Assembly: GCA_965243025.1 (NCBI GenBank)
Contig: CBDETY010000003.1
Location: 5,568,001-5,632,000 of the forward strand
Origin: Candidatus Latescibacterota bacterium
GTDB taxonomy: Bacteria > Latescibacterota > UBA2968 > UBA8231
DNA length: 64,000 nucleotides
Direction of reading: 5' to 3'
Shown: one piece after another, positions 1 to 9,263 of the stretch
Layout: every line of letters starts with the position of its first letter
Numbering within the stretch: position 1 is the stretch's first letter
Position numbers and translations under genes: made by a program
Notes under the pieces: generated by a model
The model's database searches: none
The model's input: only the letters and a program-made list of their open reading frames with translations
What the model was told of the DNA's origin: nothing

Positions 1-2
1 TC

Positions 3-521
3 GGAGCCCAGCGCGTGGGGTACTACACCAAGTATTTCAACGCCGCCCTGCGCTTCGCCCAGAACTGGGACGACCCGGATCAGGTGGCCCTGGCGCCGCT
101 GCCGAAGTTCCCCGGGGGAGAGGGCTCCACCGTCTTCTGGACGACGGGATGCGCCCTGCTCCGTCACGGCGGCAACAAGGAGAAGGCGGCCGAGTACATC
201 CGCTCCCTCACCTACGACCGGCAGCTTTGGAGGGACTCCCTGGCCGGCACCGAGACCGGCCGTCCCGGCCAGCTGCCTCCGTACCGGTCGATCTACTCCG
301 ATTGGAATGCGAAGCGGCCGGACTGGCTGCCTGACTTCGTCGCCCTGGTGCGCGGCCAGCTCGACCGGGCTCGCGCCATCCGCACGCACCTGTTCGGCCT
401 GCAGCAGTTCTTCATCGGCCAGCCGCTCTGGGAGACCTACCTCAAGGGAGAGGAGGCGGATCCCCGGACGGCGCTGGCCAACGCCGCGGCCGCGGTACGT
501 GCCGAGGTCGAGCGCGGGTGA
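3..521 (+). CDS. ABC transporter substrate-binding protein, 5'-truncated by window edge
   Basis: Frame open from position 3. About 93% aa identical (12 differences in 167 aa by eye) to the C-terminus of the next gene. Confidence 0.85.
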   Translation, partial: GAQRVGYYTKYFNAALRFAQNWDDPDQVALAPLPKFPGGEGSTVFWTTGCALLRHGGNKEKAAEYIRSLTYDRQLWRDSLAGTETGRPGQLPPYRSIYSDWNAKRPDWLPDFVALVRGQLDRARAIRTHLFGLQQFFIGQPLWETYLKGEEADPRTALANAAAAVRAEVERG

Positions 522-725
522 CGAGGACGGTAGTATTGCAGGGTGTCGAGGTCCCGGCCCTCGCTGATGCCGCCCCGGCGGCTTCAATTTTCGAGCATTC
601 ACAGTCTGGATTCCTTTGAAAAACCAGCCAACACGCACAACATCACCCGTATGGATTCGGCCGGACCCGTCGAAGGCCGGCCGCCGAACCGGCAGGGGCC
701 GCGAGTGGGGCCACAGGAAACGCAA

Positions 726-2090
726 ATGACTCACGGCACGGCGGGGGAAAACCCGCCCCGGTCCCTTCGGGAACAGCTTCTGGCGGGACAAATCGACCGC
801 CGCGGGTTCCTGTTCCGGTCCCTGATGGCCGGACTCGGGCTGGCCGGCGTCGGCGTCGCCGGACGTCTCCCAGCTGCCGGAGAGGATCGTCCCCTGACGC
901 CGACCTTCTATCAGTGGATCGAGGACCTGCACCCGGGCCTTCCCCGGGTCAACGCCCGCTTTCCCGGCATCGAGTACCGGATCGCGCCGGTGGAAGCTGC
1001 CGGCATCGAGCGCTTCGTCGCCGAGGCCAAGAAAGGCCGCAGCACCTGGGACGTGTACGTCGGCCAGACCCCGTTCGCCGAAATGACGGCGATGATCGAG
1101 GCAGGCGTCATCGAGCCCTGGGACGGCTACATTCCTCAAGAGGTGATCGACGACATCATCCCTGCGATCCGCGAGGAATGCACGGTCGACGGCAAGCTCT
1201 ACAGCTGGCCCTTCCTGCTCGACGTCATCGGCATGGGCTGGCACTCGGGGATCACGGCGCGCGCGGGAATCACCGGTCCGCCCCCCGGGATCTGGGAGCA
1301 GTACCTGGAAAATTCCCACGCCGTCGTCGACTCCGGGGCGGCTCCCTTCGGGGCGACCTTCGACGCCCACGGCTGGCGTTCGCTGGCGCCGTTCGCCCAC
1401 AGCCTGACCACCGACGTCTACACCCCGGAAGGACTGTTCGATTTCACCCACGACGCCGCGGTCGAGGCGCTGGTGCTGATGAAGAAGATCATGGCGGTCT
1501 CCCATCCCAACGTCCTGCTCGCCGGGGCCACCGACGGCGGCGTCAACAGCACCCCGGACGAGGATGCATTCGCCAAGCAGAGCGTCGGCTACTACACCAA
1601 GTACTTCAACGCCGCCCTGCGTTTCGCCCAGTACTGGGACGACCCGGAGGAGGTCGCCCTGGCGCCGCTTCCCAAGTTCGCCGGGGGAGAGGGCTCCACT
1701 GTCTTCTGGACGACCGGCTGCGCCCTGCTCCGGCACGGCGGCAACAAGGAGAAGGCGGCCGAGTACATCCGCTCCCTCACCTACGACCGCGAGCTGTGGA
1801 GGGAATCCCTGGCCGGCACCGAGACCGGCCGTCCCGGCCATCTGCCTCCGTACCGGTCGATCTACGCCGGGTGGAACGCGAACCGGCCGGACTGGCTGCC
1901 CGGCTTCGTCGCCCTGGTGCGCGGCCAGCTCGACCGGGCTCGCGCCATCCGCACGCACCTGTTCGGCCTGCAGCAGTTCTTCATCGGCCAGCCGCTCTGG
2001 GAGACCTACCTGAAGGGCGAGGAGGCGGACCCGCGGGCGGCGCTGGCCAACGCCGCCGCTGCGGTCCGTGCCGAGGTCGAGCGCGGGTGA
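726..2090 (+). CDS. Carbohydrate ABC transporter substrate-binding protein with Tat signal
   Basis: ATG at 726 after CAGGAAA. DRRGFL twin-arginine motif, DGKLYSWP motif typical of sugar SBPs, two permeases downstream. Confidence 0.85.
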   Translation: MTHGTAGENPPRSLREQLLAGQIDRRGFLFRSLMAGLGLAGVGVAGRLPAAGEDRPLTPTFYQWIEDLHPGLPRVNARFPGIEYRIAPVEAAGIERFVAEAKKGRSTWDVYVGQTPFAEMTAMIEAGVIEPWDGYIPQEVIDDIIPAIREECTVDGKLYSWPFLLDVIGMGWHSGITARAGITGPPPGIWEQYLENSHAVVDSGAAPFGATFDAHGWRSLAPFAHSLTTDVYTPEGLFDFTHDAAVEALVLMKKIMAVSHPNVLLAGATDGGVNSTPDEDAFAKQSVGYYTKYFNAALRFAQYWDDPEEVALAPLPKFAGGEGSTVFWTTGCALLRHGGNKEKAAEYIRSLTYDRELWRESLAGTETGRPGHLPPYRSIYAGWNANRPDWLPGFVALVRGQLDRARAIRTHLFGLQQFFIGQPLWETYLKGEEADPRAALANAAAAVRAEVERG

Positions 2091-2248
2091 TACCGGCGGT
2101 GGCACGGCGGGAAGCAGATGGGGAACGGGGCCGGCAACCGGCTGATGAAGTTGCTCCGCGGGGGGCCGCAGTTCGGAGGGGCTGTTCACGCGGCTGCCGC
2201 GTTCGCTTTCCCGCCGGCCGCATGAGCCGGCCGGGGATCTCCTGAGAC

Positions 2249-3169
2249 GTGGCTGCCGCCGGGCCCCATCCGGGGCGGATGCTCGCGGGCCGCTTCAGCA
2301 CCTGGTTTTTCCTGCTTCCCGCCCTGCTGTTCTTCGCCGGCTACCAGGTCTACCCGATCCTGCGGGTGACCTGGATCAGCTTCACCGACTTCGAGTACCT
2401 CGGCGGCGACCCGGCCGCCTGGGTCGGGCTCGGCAACTACGCCGAGGCGCTGCGGGACCCGCTGCTGTGGGCGGGGCTGGGCAGGGCTGCCTGGTTCACC
2501 CTGATGTTCCTGCCGGGCACCATCGTCTTCCCGCTGCTGCTGGCGATTCTCGTCGACCGCGTCGGCAACCGCACCGCCGCCACCGTGTACCGCGTGGTGC
2601 TGCTGATTCCCGCGGTGATCCCCAGCACCCTGGTCTTCGTCCTCTGGAAGTGGATGTACAACTACCAGATCGGGCCGATCAACCACTTCCTGGTCGAGGT
2701 CGCCGGCCTCTTCACCTACCACGACGCCCCGCAGTGGCTGGGGGGCACCTCGCTGACCCTGCCGGCGATCGCCGTCATGGAGATCTGGTGGGGCCTGGGG
2801 TACCACACCGTCTTCTTCCTCGCCGGCCTGGCGGCGATCCCGCGCGATCTCGTCGAGGCGGCGCGCGCCGACGGCGCCAACGAGTGGCAGCTGTTCCGGC
2901 ACGTCACCCTGCCGCGGCTGCAGCCGATCATGATGATCCTCGTCGTCCTGAGGTTCGGCTCGGCCATGGCCGTCATCGACGAGTACCTGATCTTCGGCGG
3001 CTTCAACCGCGCCTCGCCGACCTACACCTGGACCGTTTTCATGTACGACCAGGCCTTCAAGACCGGCCTCTGGCGCCAGGGGTTCGCCGCGGCCATCGGC
3101 ATGGTCGGGGCTCTGTTCATGATGGCGGTGGTCGCCGGCCTCGTCTACCTCTTCCGGTCGCGCGACTGA
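2249..3169 (+). CDS. Carbohydrate ABC transporter permease
   Basis: WVGLGNY and EAARADGA (EAA) motifs, multiple TM segments. Confidence 0.9.
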   Translation: MAAAGPHPGRMLAGRFSTWFFLLPALLFFAGYQVYPILRVTWISFTDFEYLGGDPAAWVGLGNYAEALRDPLLWAGLGRAAWFTLMFLPGTIVFPLLLAILVDRVGNRTAATVYRVVLLIPAVIPSTLVFVLWKWMYNYQIGPINHFLVEVAGLFTYHDAPQWLGGTSLTLPAIAVMEIWWGLGYHTVFFLAGLAAIPRDLVEAARADGANEWQLFRHVTLPRLQPIMMILVVLRFGSAMAVIDEYLIFGGFNRASPTYTWTVFMYDQAFKTGLWRQGFAAAIGMVGALFMMAVVAGLVYLFRSRD

Positions 3170-4011
3170 TGCGCCCGGCAGCGAAATGGCGCTGGGGGGC
3201 GATCGGCCGCCACGCCGCCATCAACTTCTTCGCCCTGGTGATCCTCCTGCCCCTGGCCTGGGTGCTGCTGCTGTCGGTGAAATCGCTGCCCGACTCGATG
3301 CGCGGAGCCCTGTGGCCGCGGCGCTTCGACTTCTCCCACTACGCTTACGTCTTCGACAAGATCGACACGCTGCCGGTCAACCTGTTCAACAGCGTGTACG
3401 TGACCGCGGCGACGGTGGCGATCACCGCGGCCTGCGCCGTCCTCGCCGGGTACGCCCTCGTGCACCTGAAGTTCCGCGGGGCGCCGGCGATCGTCACCCT
3501 GCTGCTCGCCTCGCTCTATTTCCCGACCCGCGTGGTCGCCATCATCACCATCTACGAAATCCAGGACTGGCTCGAGCTGATCAACAGCACCAGCGGCCTG
3601 ATCCTGCCCTACGTCACCCTCAACCTCGCGGTCAGCGTGCTGATCATGAGGAGCGTGTTCCAGCTGGTGCCGGCCGAGCTCATGGCCGCGGCGCGGATCG
3701 ACGGCGCCGGCCCCTGGCGCACCCTCTGGGTGGTCGGGCTGCCGCTGGCGAGGAACGGCATCGCCGTGGTCCTCATCGTCAACTTCGTGACCGCCTGGGG
3801 GGAGTACCTGCTCTGCTCGACGCTTACCAACGACCAGACGGCGCGCACCATGCCGGTTGTGCTCGCCTCGGCCCAGGGAGGGATGGGGCAGTGGGCGTGG
3901 CCGCGCATCGCCGCGGTCTACGCGCTCGTGGTGACCCCGGGGATCCTCGCCTTCGCCGCGGCGCAGAGGCTGTTCTTCAGGGGGCTGATGGAGGGGGCGC
4001 TGAAGGCCTGA
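3169..4011 (+). CDS. Carbohydrate ABC transporter permease
   Basis: TGATG overlap with upstream permease. AARIDGAG EAA-like motif. Real start lies inside track ORF 2467..4011. Confidence 0.9.
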   Translation: MRPAAKWRWGAIGRHAAINFFALVILLPLAWVLLLSVKSLPDSMRGALWPRRFDFSHYAYVFDKIDTLPVNLFNSVYVTAATVAITAACAVLAGYALVHLKFRGAPAIVTLLLASLYFPTRVVAIITIYEIQDWLELINSTSGLILPYVTLNLAVSVLIMRSVFQLVPAELMAAARIDGAGPWRTLWVVGLPLARNGIAVVLIVNFVTAWGEYLLCSTLTNDQTARTMPVVLASAQGGMGQWAWPRIAAVYALVVTPGILAFAAAQRLFFRGLMEGALKA

Positions 4012-4012
4012 G

Positions 4013-4070
4013 CGGCCCTCGCTCGCCGTACGCCCTCGGTACGGCTGGCTCAGGCGCCTTGCGAACCGGG
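4013..4070. repeat. Palindromic REP/MITE-like intergenic element
   Basis: GCCGTAC-N7-GTACGGC hairpin followed by GCTCAGGCGCCTTGCG. A related copy lies at about 36372-36494. Confidence 0.45.
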
Positions 4071-4120
4071 CACGGCCGCGAAAGGACGCAGTCGGTCCTC
4101 GCGCTCGTCGGTATGCCTTC

Positions 4121-4498
4121 TCAGGGGCGCAACGGCTGGACTTCCACGAAGACGCGGCCGTCCCGCAGAAACGCCGGGTAGGAGCGCACGCGCTCCCTGC
4201 CGGGGTCGGTGAGGGAGCGGCCGGTGGCGAGGTCGAACTCCCAGCCGTGCCAGGGGCAGCGGACGATCTCTCCCCGGCGGCCGTAGCGGATCTCCTCGCC
4301 CGGCTTGCAGGGCAGCGCCGTGCCGGTCAGGACGCCGTCGGAAAGGCGGGCACCCCGGTGGGAGCAGATGTCGCGCAGGGCGAAGACGCGCTCCCCGTCG
4401 CGCACGACCACGAGCGCCCGCCCGCCGGCCTCGACCCTTTTCAGCACCCCCGGCTCGAAGTCCCCGGCGGCGCCGACGTCAAGCGCGGTGGAAGTCAT
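4121..4498 (-). CDS. Rieske [2Fe-2S] ferredoxin
   Basis: CSH and CPWH Rieske ligands, GWEFDLATG. Confidence 0.92.
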   Translation of the reverse strand: MTSTALDVGAAGDFEPGVLKRVEAGGRALVVVRDGERVFALRDICSHRGARLSDGVLTGTALPCKPGEEIRYGRRGEIVRCPWHGWEFDLATGRSLTDPGRERVRSYPAFLRDGRVFVEVQPLRP

Positions 4499-5594
4499 AG
4501 AACCTCGAGGCGTTGCCGGCCATGATCCGCTGCCTGAGAGCGTCGGGGAAGGCCGCCGGCAGGGTGCGGTCCGGGGGGTCGAAGTCCCAGTGCGGGTAAT
4601 CGGTGGCGAACATCAGGAACTCGTCGCTGCCGATCATGTCCAGCAGCTGCAGCAGGTGCTTCGGGTTCGCCGGTTCTTCCATCGGCTGCGTCGTCGCCCG
4701 GAAGTGCTCGACGATGTACTCGCTGGGCGGCTTCGTCAGCCACGGCACCTCGTCGCGCAGGCCGCGGTAGTTCTTGTCGAGCCGCCACATAAGCCCCGGC
4801 AGCCAGGCGAAGCCCCCCTCGACCAGGGCGACCCGCAGCGACGGGAACTTTTCGAACGTCCCCTCGCAGACTAGGCTCAGCACCTGGGCCTCGAATGCCT
4901 GCGACATCGCGGTGTGGTCCTCGATGTAGTACGAGGGCCAGCCGCAGGCGGTTATCGGGTTGTCGCCGCCGCGGCCTCCGAAGTGGATCCCGGCCGGCAG
5001 GCCGGCGTCGCAGCAGGCCTCGAAGATCGGCAGGAACTCGCGCCTGCCGTAGGGGGCGTGAGAGCGCACCAGCAGCAGCACCTGGACGAAGCGCGGGTCG
5101 GCGGCGGCGCGGCGGATCTCGTCGGCGGCGGCCTGCGGGTCGCTGGTGTTGGCGACGATGGAACCGCGCCAGCGCTCGTCCGCTTCGAGCCAGACGGCCG
5201 CCGTCCACTCGTTCACCGCCCGCGCCAGGGCGTTGGCGAAGTCGAGGTTGTGCACCGCGGCCATGCCGTAGAGCGGGTTGAGAACCGCGGCCTCGATCCC
5301 CCAGCGGTCGAGCAGCTGCTCGCGCGCGAAGTCCGGGTCGCTGCCCGGAGGTCCGCCGTCCGGGGGCCAGGCGTCCCGGCGCGCGGCGTTCGAGAATCCT
5401 TTGGGATAGGTGGGTCCCGGGGGGCCGCTGAACCCCGACTGTGCGATGTAGGCTTTCCAGCGCTCCGACAGGTACGGGAGCAGGTCGGTGATCGATCGGG
5501 GGGAGTTGTGGACGTCGCAGTCGATCAGCGACAGCGAGGCTCCGTTGCCGCCGATGGCCGCGGCCGCGGGGGCGGTATCAGTCATTTCCGGCAC
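4479..5594 (-). CDS. Amidohydrolase-fold metalloenzyme (possibly dinuclear oxygenase)
   Basis: DCDVH and ATDYPHWD motifs. Overlaps the Rieske gene. Confidence 0.85.
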   Translation of the reverse strand: MPEMTDTAPAAAAIGGNGASLSLIDCDVHNSPRSITDLLPYLSERWKAYIAQSGFSGPPGPTYPKGFSNAARRDAWPPDGGPPGSDPDFAREQLLDRWGIEAAVLNPLYGMAAVHNLDFANALARAVNEWTAAVWLEADERWRGSIVANTSDPQAAADEIRRAAADPRFVQVLLLVRSHAPYGRREFLPIFEACCDAGLPAGIHFGGRGGDNPITACGWPSYYIEDHTAMSQAFEAQVLSLVCEGTFEKFPSLRVALVEGGFAWLPGLMWRLDKNYRGLRDEVPWLTKPPSEYIVEHFRATTQPMEEPANPKHLLQLLDMIGSDEFLMFATDYPHWDFDPPDRTLPAAFPDALRQRIMAGNASRFYDFHRA

Positions 5595-6072
5595 CGTTCC
5601 GGTGAAGGCGTGCGTAGTTGCCGCCGTAGAAGATCAACGGCTGACCCCCGCGGGAATCGGCGGCCAGCAGCTCGCCGACGAACATGTCGTGATCGCCGCC
5701 CGGGAGAACCTCGACGACCTTGCAATCTGCGAAGGCGAGGGCGTCGTCGAGGATCGGCGAGCCGGTCTCCTCCACCGTGCAGCTCAAATCGGAAAAATCC
5801 TTGGGTCCCTTTCGGGCGAAACGACGCGACAGGGACTCGTGCTCCTGCTTGAGGACGTTGACCGCGAAGCAGCGGCTTTCGAGCAGGGCGCCGTGCATGT
5901 GAGCGGTCTTTTCCACCGATACGACGATGAGGGGCGGGTCGAGGGAAAGGGACATCACCGCGTTGGCGGTCATGCCGCACATCTCGTCCCCGGCGCGGGT
6001 GGTCACCACGGTCACCCCGGTGGCGAAGCGGCCCATCACATGGCGCTGAAGCATCGGGTCGACTGCCATCAT
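5578..6072 (-). CDS. Flavin reductase family protein
   Basis: RFATGVTVVT, SLSLDPP and GGDH motifs. Confidence 0.92.
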   Translation of the reverse strand: MMAVDPMLQRHVMGRFATGVTVVTTRAGDEMCGMTANAVMSLSLDPPLIVVSVEKTAHMHGALLESRCFAVNVLKQEHESLSRRFARKGPKDFSDLSCTVEETGSPILDDALAFADCKVVEVLPGGDHDMFVGELLAADSRGGQPLIFYGGNYARLHRNGAGND

Positions 6073-6150
6073 CTGCTCCCGTTACGGCGTTCCGGCGGAC
6101 CGGGCGGTAACATCGAGGGTTCGCCGCGCCCGTCAAGCATCTACAGGTGC

Positions 6151-7092
6151 TCAGTTCCCCGAGCGCATCTGCCGGGTCTGCTTCGAAACCGCCTCGAGCT
6201 GCTCCTCGTCCCACTCCTCCCGCTGCTGCATGGCGTAGAGGGAGGTGTAGCCACCCGACCAGTCGGGGGGCACCAGGCAGGGCCGCCCGTCGTGGTGCGC
6301 CCAAAGCGCCGGGCGGCCGCGCACGATCTCCCCTTCGTAGCGGCTCGGCAGCGGGTTGGCGGTGTAGGTGAAGGCGTCGGCCGAGGAGTAGACGTTGAGC
6401 AGCAGCGGCCGGCCCTGGTCGGACAGGTTCGGCCGCGAACCGTGGATGAGCCGGCAGTTGTGGATGGTCACCGACCCGGCAGGCCCGGTGAGGTACTCGA
6501 CGCTGCCGGTGTCGACGCCGGCGGCGTCCTTCTCGCTCAGGCAGCCGACCCAGCTGCCGTTGGAGTACTGGTTGTAGAGCGGGCCGTCGTGGCTGCCCGC
6601 GATCGCCCCGAGCGGCCCCTGGTCGTCGCCGACGTCGTGCAGGTAGGTGCCGATCGTCAGGGGGGTGTAGTTGGTGTGCGGCCAGTAGGTGATGTCCTGG
6701 TGCCACTTCACCTCCTCGCCGCCGCGCGCCCATTTGAAATTCAGCTTCGAGTGGTGAAACTTGACGTCGGGGCCGACGAGATCGGCGGCGATGTCGGCGA
6801 TGACCGACTGCGAGGCGAACTCCCAGTAGGCGGGGTGGTGCTCGACCGGGCTGGTCAGGCGGCGCAGGCGCGGGTCTTCGGCGGTGTGGCCCGGCTCGAG
6901 GTCGAAGATGGCGTCCGACTGCGTCAGGGAGCGGCTGCGGTCGACCATCTCCCCGGTAACGGCGATGAGGCGCTCGACCCATTCGTCGGGCACGATGCTT
7001 TCGACGAGCAGGTAGCCGTTGTCGAAGTAGAAGCGGCGCTGCTCGTCGCTGAGAACGGTGGGCGGGTGCGAGAGGATCTCTTCAGGAGTCAT
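6151..7092 (-). CDS. Phytanoyl-CoA dioxygenase (PhyH) family protein
   Basis: WHQD and distal HGS iron ligands. Start at MTPEEIL after a GAGGAG RBS. Confidence 0.9.
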   Translation of the reverse strand: MTPEEILSHPPTVLSDEQRRFYFDNGYLLVESIVPDEWVERLIAVTGEMVDRSRSLTQSDAIFDLEPGHTAEDPRLRRLTSPVEHHPAYWEFASQSVIADIAADLVGPDVKFHHSKLNFKWARGGEEVKWHQDITYWPHTNYTPLTIGTYLHDVGDDQGPLGAIAGSHDGPLYNQYSNGSWVGCLSEKDAAGVDTGSVEYLTGPAGSVTIHNCRLIHGSRPNLSDQGRPLLLNVYSSADAFTYTANPLPSRYEGEIVRGRPALWAHHDGRPCLVPPDWSGGYTSLYAMQQREEWDEEQLEAVSKQTRQMRSGN

Positions 7093-7221
7093 GGTCGTTC
7101 TCCTCGTCTGGCCGGCAAGGTGACCGAGGCGTCCGGCCAAAGGCGGCAGTGATCTTCAACCGGCTTGCCCGCGGCGGTCTGACCGGAATGCTTTCGATAG
7201 AATTTTCCCCGTTTCCCCGGC

Positions 7222-8145
7222 TCAGGGGACGTACTCGTGCAGGTCGTGGATCCACTTGAACCCCCCGCCGGGAAGCGAGTAGGCGCCGCCCATGGCGAAA
7301 AGCCTGTCGCCGGCGGTGCAGGCGTCGAGCCAGGCCTTGCCGACCGGCATCGGCTCGGCGGCGGTCCAGGAGTCGCGGGCGAAGTCGTAGATCTCGTTGG
7401 AAGCGGTGTAGCTCGGATTCCGCCCCCCGAAGGTGTACATGCAGCCGTCGAGGAGGGCGACCCCCTGCGACTCGCGCCCGGTCGGCTGCGGGGCGAGCCG
7501 CTCCCACTTCCCCACCGCCGGATCGAGGACGTACTGCTCGCCGCGGAACTGGTTGTCGGGGTCCTTGTCGGTGCAGCCCCCGAAGACGTGGATCCTGCCC
7601 TCGTGGGCCGTCACCCCGGGCCCCTGCAGCGGCCGCGGCAGGGAGGGGCCGTCCGACCATTCCGCCGCCCGCGGGTCGTAGACCTCGACGCGGTCGACGA
7701 TGCGCGGGTCGGCCGGGTCCATGGTGTTGCCCCCGATCACCCAGATCTTCCCGGCGCAGGCGACGACGGAGACGCCGGCGCGGTGGCCCCCCGGCATCGG
7801 CTCGAGGACCGACCACTGCTGGGTGCGGACGTCGAGAACTTCGAGGCAGGCGCGCGAGATGAAGTGGTAGTCGAGGCCGGTGCGGACGCGCATTTCCCCG
7901 GTCTGTATGGTCTTGCCGCCGGCGACGTAGATCTTTCCGTCGAGCAGGTCGGCGCCGAGCCAGCCGCGGGCGGTCGGAATCGGCGGTCCCTTTATCCAGA
8001 CGTCGTTGGCGACGTCGTACACCTCGACCACGTGCAGGGTGAGGTCGTCGGCCCCGGAGATCGCGTAGATCGATCCGTTGACGGCGACGGATTGCAGGTC
8101 GTGCCGCGGCGTCGGCATCGACCGTCGTTCAAGCCACTGTCCCAT
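7222..8145 (-). CDS. Kelch-repeat beta-propeller protein
   Basis: About six repeats of R-x-G-x-I[YW]VxGG...VEVYD...W. Confidence 0.88.
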   Translation of the reverse strand: MGQWLERRSMPTPRHDLQSVAVNGSIYAISGADDLTLHVVEVYDVANDVWIKGPPIPTARGWLGADLLDGKIYVAGGKTIQTGEMRVRTGLDYHFISRACLEVLDVRTQQWSVLEPMPGGHRAGVSVVACAGKIWVIGGNTMDPADPRIVDRVEVYDPRAAEWSDGPSLPRPLQGPGVTAHEGRIHVFGGCTDKDPDNQFRGEQYVLDPAVGKWERLAPQPTGRESQGVALLDGCMYTFGGRNPSYTASNEIYDFARDSWTAAEPMPVGKAWLDACTAGDRLFAMGGAYSLPGGGFKWIHDLHEYVP

Positions 8146-8224
8146 CGGTTTCGTCCTTCGGTTGTTATTGAGGTTTCAGACCAGGTGTCTCGGGCGGGAA
8201 ATAAACGCAATGTTCGGGAGGGCG

Positions 8225-9112
8225 TCACCATTCGGAGGGGGTGCGGGTGATCTCCAGTGAGGCTTTGATCCGGGCCCAGGAGACCGACTCGACGACCGAG
8301 CCGCCGCCCGCGTCAAGCAGAAGGCCGTCGCCGAATCCGTTCGGGGTAAAATCCGTAGGCCAGAAAAGGTTATTAAACTCTCCCCAATCCTCTGGTTCGG
8401 TATCCAGATCGTTGACCCCGATATTGAAGCCAACTGTCATCCCGGGGCTGAGATTGGAAGCGACACTTGCCTCTGGATCGTCCCCGAGCATCAAGTCAAA
8501 GGGGGTGATCGCGAACTCCACGACCCATACGGTGGGGTTCTCGCCTCGAGCGGCACCGCCACCCTCGGCATATGGGGGCTGGTCCATCCAGTCAGCACCG
8601 TCGTAGGCCCCCAAACCGACATGCAACCCCGCTGGGGCCTCGGGAACCGCACTATAGGACTGAACCTGCTCATAGTCCCTGCTAGCCCTGGCAGCTCCCC
8701 CGCTGTGGTCGCCGTCGATATTCAATGCGATGCAGTCATATCCGGATCGATCAATCTCGCCGCCTTCAAACCCACCGACAAACCGGTCGTCGCTAACCTG
8801 GGCACCGACATACAGCCTACCTGTGCCCCGATGCCAACCTAGCCAGACCCGAACGTCCCAATCGCCGGGTTCCCTTGGGGCGATGGTCAAGCCCTGGCGT
8901 GGAACCAATTCCAAACGGGTAAAACCCAGAAGATTCAAGGTGGGTTCACCGAGCACAGTTTCCCAATCCTCGATCGAGCCGTCTGTCAGGTCCATCATCT
9001 CCAGCATTTCATCGGTGATCTCGATGAATGGATAGACGACGTCCCCGACGTGGGCATGCACTCTCAGGCTGGCCCCCATGATACACAGCGCAACGATTAC
9101 CGGACGACTCAA
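8225..9112 (-). CDS. Secreted CBM9-like protein with C-terminal SWARIKA motif (paralog 1)
   Basis: Signal peptide ending VHA then H. DGSIEDW, DGDHSGG, GENP, GDGLLL and VESVSWARIKA motifs. Lower GC than flanks. Confidence 0.75.
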   Translation of the reverse strand: MSRPVIVALCIMGASLRVHAHVGDVVYPFIEITDEMLEMMDLTDGSIEDWETVLGEPTLNLLGFTRLELVPRQGLTIAPREPGDWDVRVWLGWHRGTGRLYVGAQVSDDRFVGGFEGGEIDRSGYDCIALNIDGDHSGGAARASRDYEQVQSYSAVPEAPAGLHVGLGAYDGADWMDQPPYAEGGGAARGENPTVWVVEFAITPFDLMLGDDPEASVASNLSPGMTVGFNIGVNDLDTEPEDWGEFNNLFWPTDFTPNGFGDGLLLDAGGGSVVESVSWARIKASLEITRTPSEW

Positions 9113-9263
9113 TGAAATGCCAAGGAGTTCTGTTCTGTTTGCATGGCTAATTATCCCTGAAAATACGAAAGCTCTTTTTCAACAGATTAATGGGTCATGT
9201 CCTGACGGAAAGGGACGAGGTCGAAGTCGTCCTCGTTGGGGAAGACAGCACTGCAGTTCCATC

